Assembly (NCBI GenBank): GCA_013239625.1
Contig: MU056000.1
Span: forward strand, 7,913,214-7,977,213
Source of the DNA: Lama guanicoe
Lineage: Eukaryota
Length of the DNA: 64,000 nucleotides
Direction of reading: 5' to 3'
Below are positions 61,487 through 64,000 of the stretch, piece after piece. Made by a program: the position numbers and the translations under genes. The notes under the pieces are model-generated. The model did no database searches, was not told where the DNA came from, and saw nothing but the letters and a program-made list of their open reading frames with translations. Within the stretch, counting starts at the first letter, position 1. Each line of letters begins with the position of its first letter.

Positions 61487-64000
61487 AACCTCAGTCACAC
61501 AAAATGTTATCTCCTGCCATTTTAAAATTGTTAAATTATTAATCTAGACACCTGTCAACTCAGACAGTGATCTGGCTGCAGCCTTAACCACACTCTGGTG
61601 CCCAGGTGAGCACACAAGTGATGCACCAGGTGCCTGACAAGCACAGGGGCCCCCTGGTGCTCTGGATGTGAAATTGTCCCCTTGATTCCTCTAAAGAGGA
61701 GACTCTCTGCAGGCAGGGAAACTCAGATGCCTTTGTTAAACATAACTTCGCTTTTGTTTTAATAGCTATAAGCACAAAGGAAAATCGGGCTTTTCTTTCA
61801 ATGAAATTGCTTTTCCACCTGATTCCCACGATGTCAAAGAAGGAACACGGAGCGGCAGCCGGAGACATTCCACTTGATAAGCATCTCAGTGAAATGAGTA
61901 CTTCCTGTCTTCCTCGCGACAGCAACTGCGCTCTGAATCACGGCCACTTACGGGCCGGGATAAATGGCGTTATTGAGCGATCTCATGTTTATTACATTCA
62001 GGAAATTCTCATTTGTTTTTAGTTGACACGAAGCAGCACGGATGAGCTTCCTCCGTGTGTATATTCCACTAGAAAAATAAAGTTTTACTCTATCCTGATA
62101 CACAGTTAAGTTTCCCTAAAATGATGTTCTGCTGTTTTGGGCATTGAGATTTTTACATTTAGCACTGGAAAAACACAGCTTGGATGAAGCCATAGATTTT
62201 TCTAGGGAATATTTATGTTTTCTGCTTTTAATTTTTGCCATGTTTTTCCTCGACTGTTCCTGCTCCTCTCTCTCTCCTCTCCTAGCATGATAAGTACTTC
62301 TCTTTAGAAGATGCTGAAAGGGAAACCTTAATGATCTCCACCAATATTCATCCTTTGTTCTCATCTTAACTAAGGGAAAAGCCAACCTTACTGGTGGAAT
62401 CACTGATGGTTTTACTTACAGGCAATATTTTACAACTTTATGAGAATCTTACTTAATTTTCATATGACATATATTAATCAAAGCCTTGTTGTTAAGGCCT
62501 TTGAGTTTATGTATGTGTGGTATTTGTATGACTGCTTTGGGTCTTTATTAAATTTTTGTTGGTTGTATGTCTGATTTAGCAATAAATAATGGCTTTTTAA
62601 GTGAAGCTACCATCTTATCAATTTCCCATTTCATGTGAACGCCCAGTGAAGTTCATTGGTAAAAATGTTAGAGAAACCTACGTATGAAAAAAAATCTCCA
62701 ATGTCAATTACAAACATCTTTTGCAGAGTAATTAGAAAACACACATGTGAAGGAACCCTACTTCAGGATGACACCTGCACCCCAATGTTCATAGCAGCAC
62801 TATTTACAGTAGCCAAGACATGGAAACAGCCTAAATGTCCATCAATGGATGACTGGATAAAGAAGATGTGGTATATGTATACAATGGAATACTACTCAGC
62901 CATAAAAACCGACAACATAATGCCATTTGCAGCAACATGGATGCTCCTGAAGAATGTCATTCTAAGTGAAGCAAGCCAGAAAGAGAAAGAAAAATACCAT
63001 ATGAGATTGCTCATATGAGGAATCTAAAAAAACCAAACAAACAAAGCATAAATACAAAACAGAAATAGATTCACAGACATAGAATACAAACTTGTGGTTG
63101 CCAAGGGGGTGTAGGGTGGGAAGGGACAGACTGGGATTTCAAAATGTAGAATAGATAAACAAGATTGTATTGTATAGCACTGGGAAATATACACAAGAAC
63201 TTATGGTAGCTCACAGAGAAAAAAATGTGACAATGAATATATATATATGTTCATGTATAAATGAAAAATTGTGCTGTACACTGGAATTTGACACAACATT
63301 GTAAAATGATTATAAATCAATAGAAAATGTTACACTGTTTAAAAAAAAAAAGAAAACACACATGTGAAAACAACTAAAACAATTTCCACAAAAGCTAACT
63401 GATACAAAAAGATGTCCACAAAACATTAAAAATTTCCCTGGAACAAGATTTGTTCAAGGTTTAATTAACGTGGTCTTGCCACGTACATTACACTAAATAT
63501 GATCTATCTGGAAATGGATCATAAACTCAAATAATCAAGTGTAATACAATGATTTTTTTTTAAACCTCAGTCACACAAAATGTTATCTCCTGCCATTTTA
63601 AAATTGTTAAATTATTAATCTAGACACCTGTCAACTCAGACAGTGATCTGGCTGCAGCCTTAACCACACTCTGGTGCCCAGGTGAGCACACAAGTGATGC
63701 ACCAGGTGCCTGACAAGCACAGGGGCCCCCTGGTGCTCTGGATGTGAAATTGTCCCCTTGATTCCTCTAAAGAGGAGACTCTCTGCAGGCAGGGAAACTC
63801 AGTTTGTTAAACATAACTTCGCTTTTGTTTTAATAGCTATAAGCACAAAGGAAAATCGGGCTTTTCTTTCAATGAAATTGCTTTTCCACCTGATTCCCAC
63901 GATGTCAAAGAAGGAACACGGAGCGGCAGCCGGAGACATTCCACTTGATAAGCATCTCAGTGAAATGAGTACTTCCTGTCTTCCTCGCGACAGCAACTGC
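61487..64000 (+). repeat. Near-identical direct repeat: 61487-61929 recurs at 63563-64000 (period 2076 bp; second copy runs off the window)
   Basis: By eye the two copies are identical except that ATGCC (61727-61731) is missing from copy 2. Twin ORFs at 61584-61925 and 63799-63996 reflect this. Confidence 0.95.
62752..63350 (+). mobile_element. Young 5'-truncated L1 (end of ORF2, 3' UTR, poly-A)
   Basis: Encodes TCTPMFIAALFTVAKTWKQPKCPSMDDWIKKMWY. Perfect 18-bp TSD agaaaacacacatgtgaa at 62734-62751 and 63351-63368, at a tt|agaaaa endonuclease-type site. Confidence 0.95.

Noticed and set aside
62656..63018. 120-aa ORF
   Set aside because: Flanking sequence read into the L1 ORF2 C-terminus; no independent gene.

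Overview
Mammalian (eutherian) genomic DNA, most likely a camelid. The repeat content points there: a Tigger1 deletion derivative of the artiodactyl type, camelid-like L1 3' ends, and no Alu, Bov-A/tA, PRE1 or B1 SINEs seen. The window lies inside the large neural gene CTNND2 (delta-catenin), transcribed on the minus strand. The only secure coding exon is 133 bp at 21537-21669, encoding the start of armadillo repeat 1 ([44 protein letters not shown]). Everything else is intron, densely filled with transposon relics: an ancient ERV-L pol remnant, a non-coding ERV1 provirus with both LTRs, many solo LTRs, L1/L2/MIR pieces and DNA transposons, often nested. Almost all ORFs in the track are spurious or are L1 ORF2 fragments. 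Items worth a second look are (i) a repeat-free 2.5-kb segment plus a phase-compatible 145-bp segment that resemble decayed exons in the gene's orientation, (ii) an 18-nt frame-preserving microexon candidate, (iii) a near-perfect repeat with a 2076-bp period at the right edge, and (iv) an L1-derived AG|GT recursive-splice-like site. I found no convincing new multi-gene system. Repeat family names come from remembered consensus sequences and were not checked by database search.
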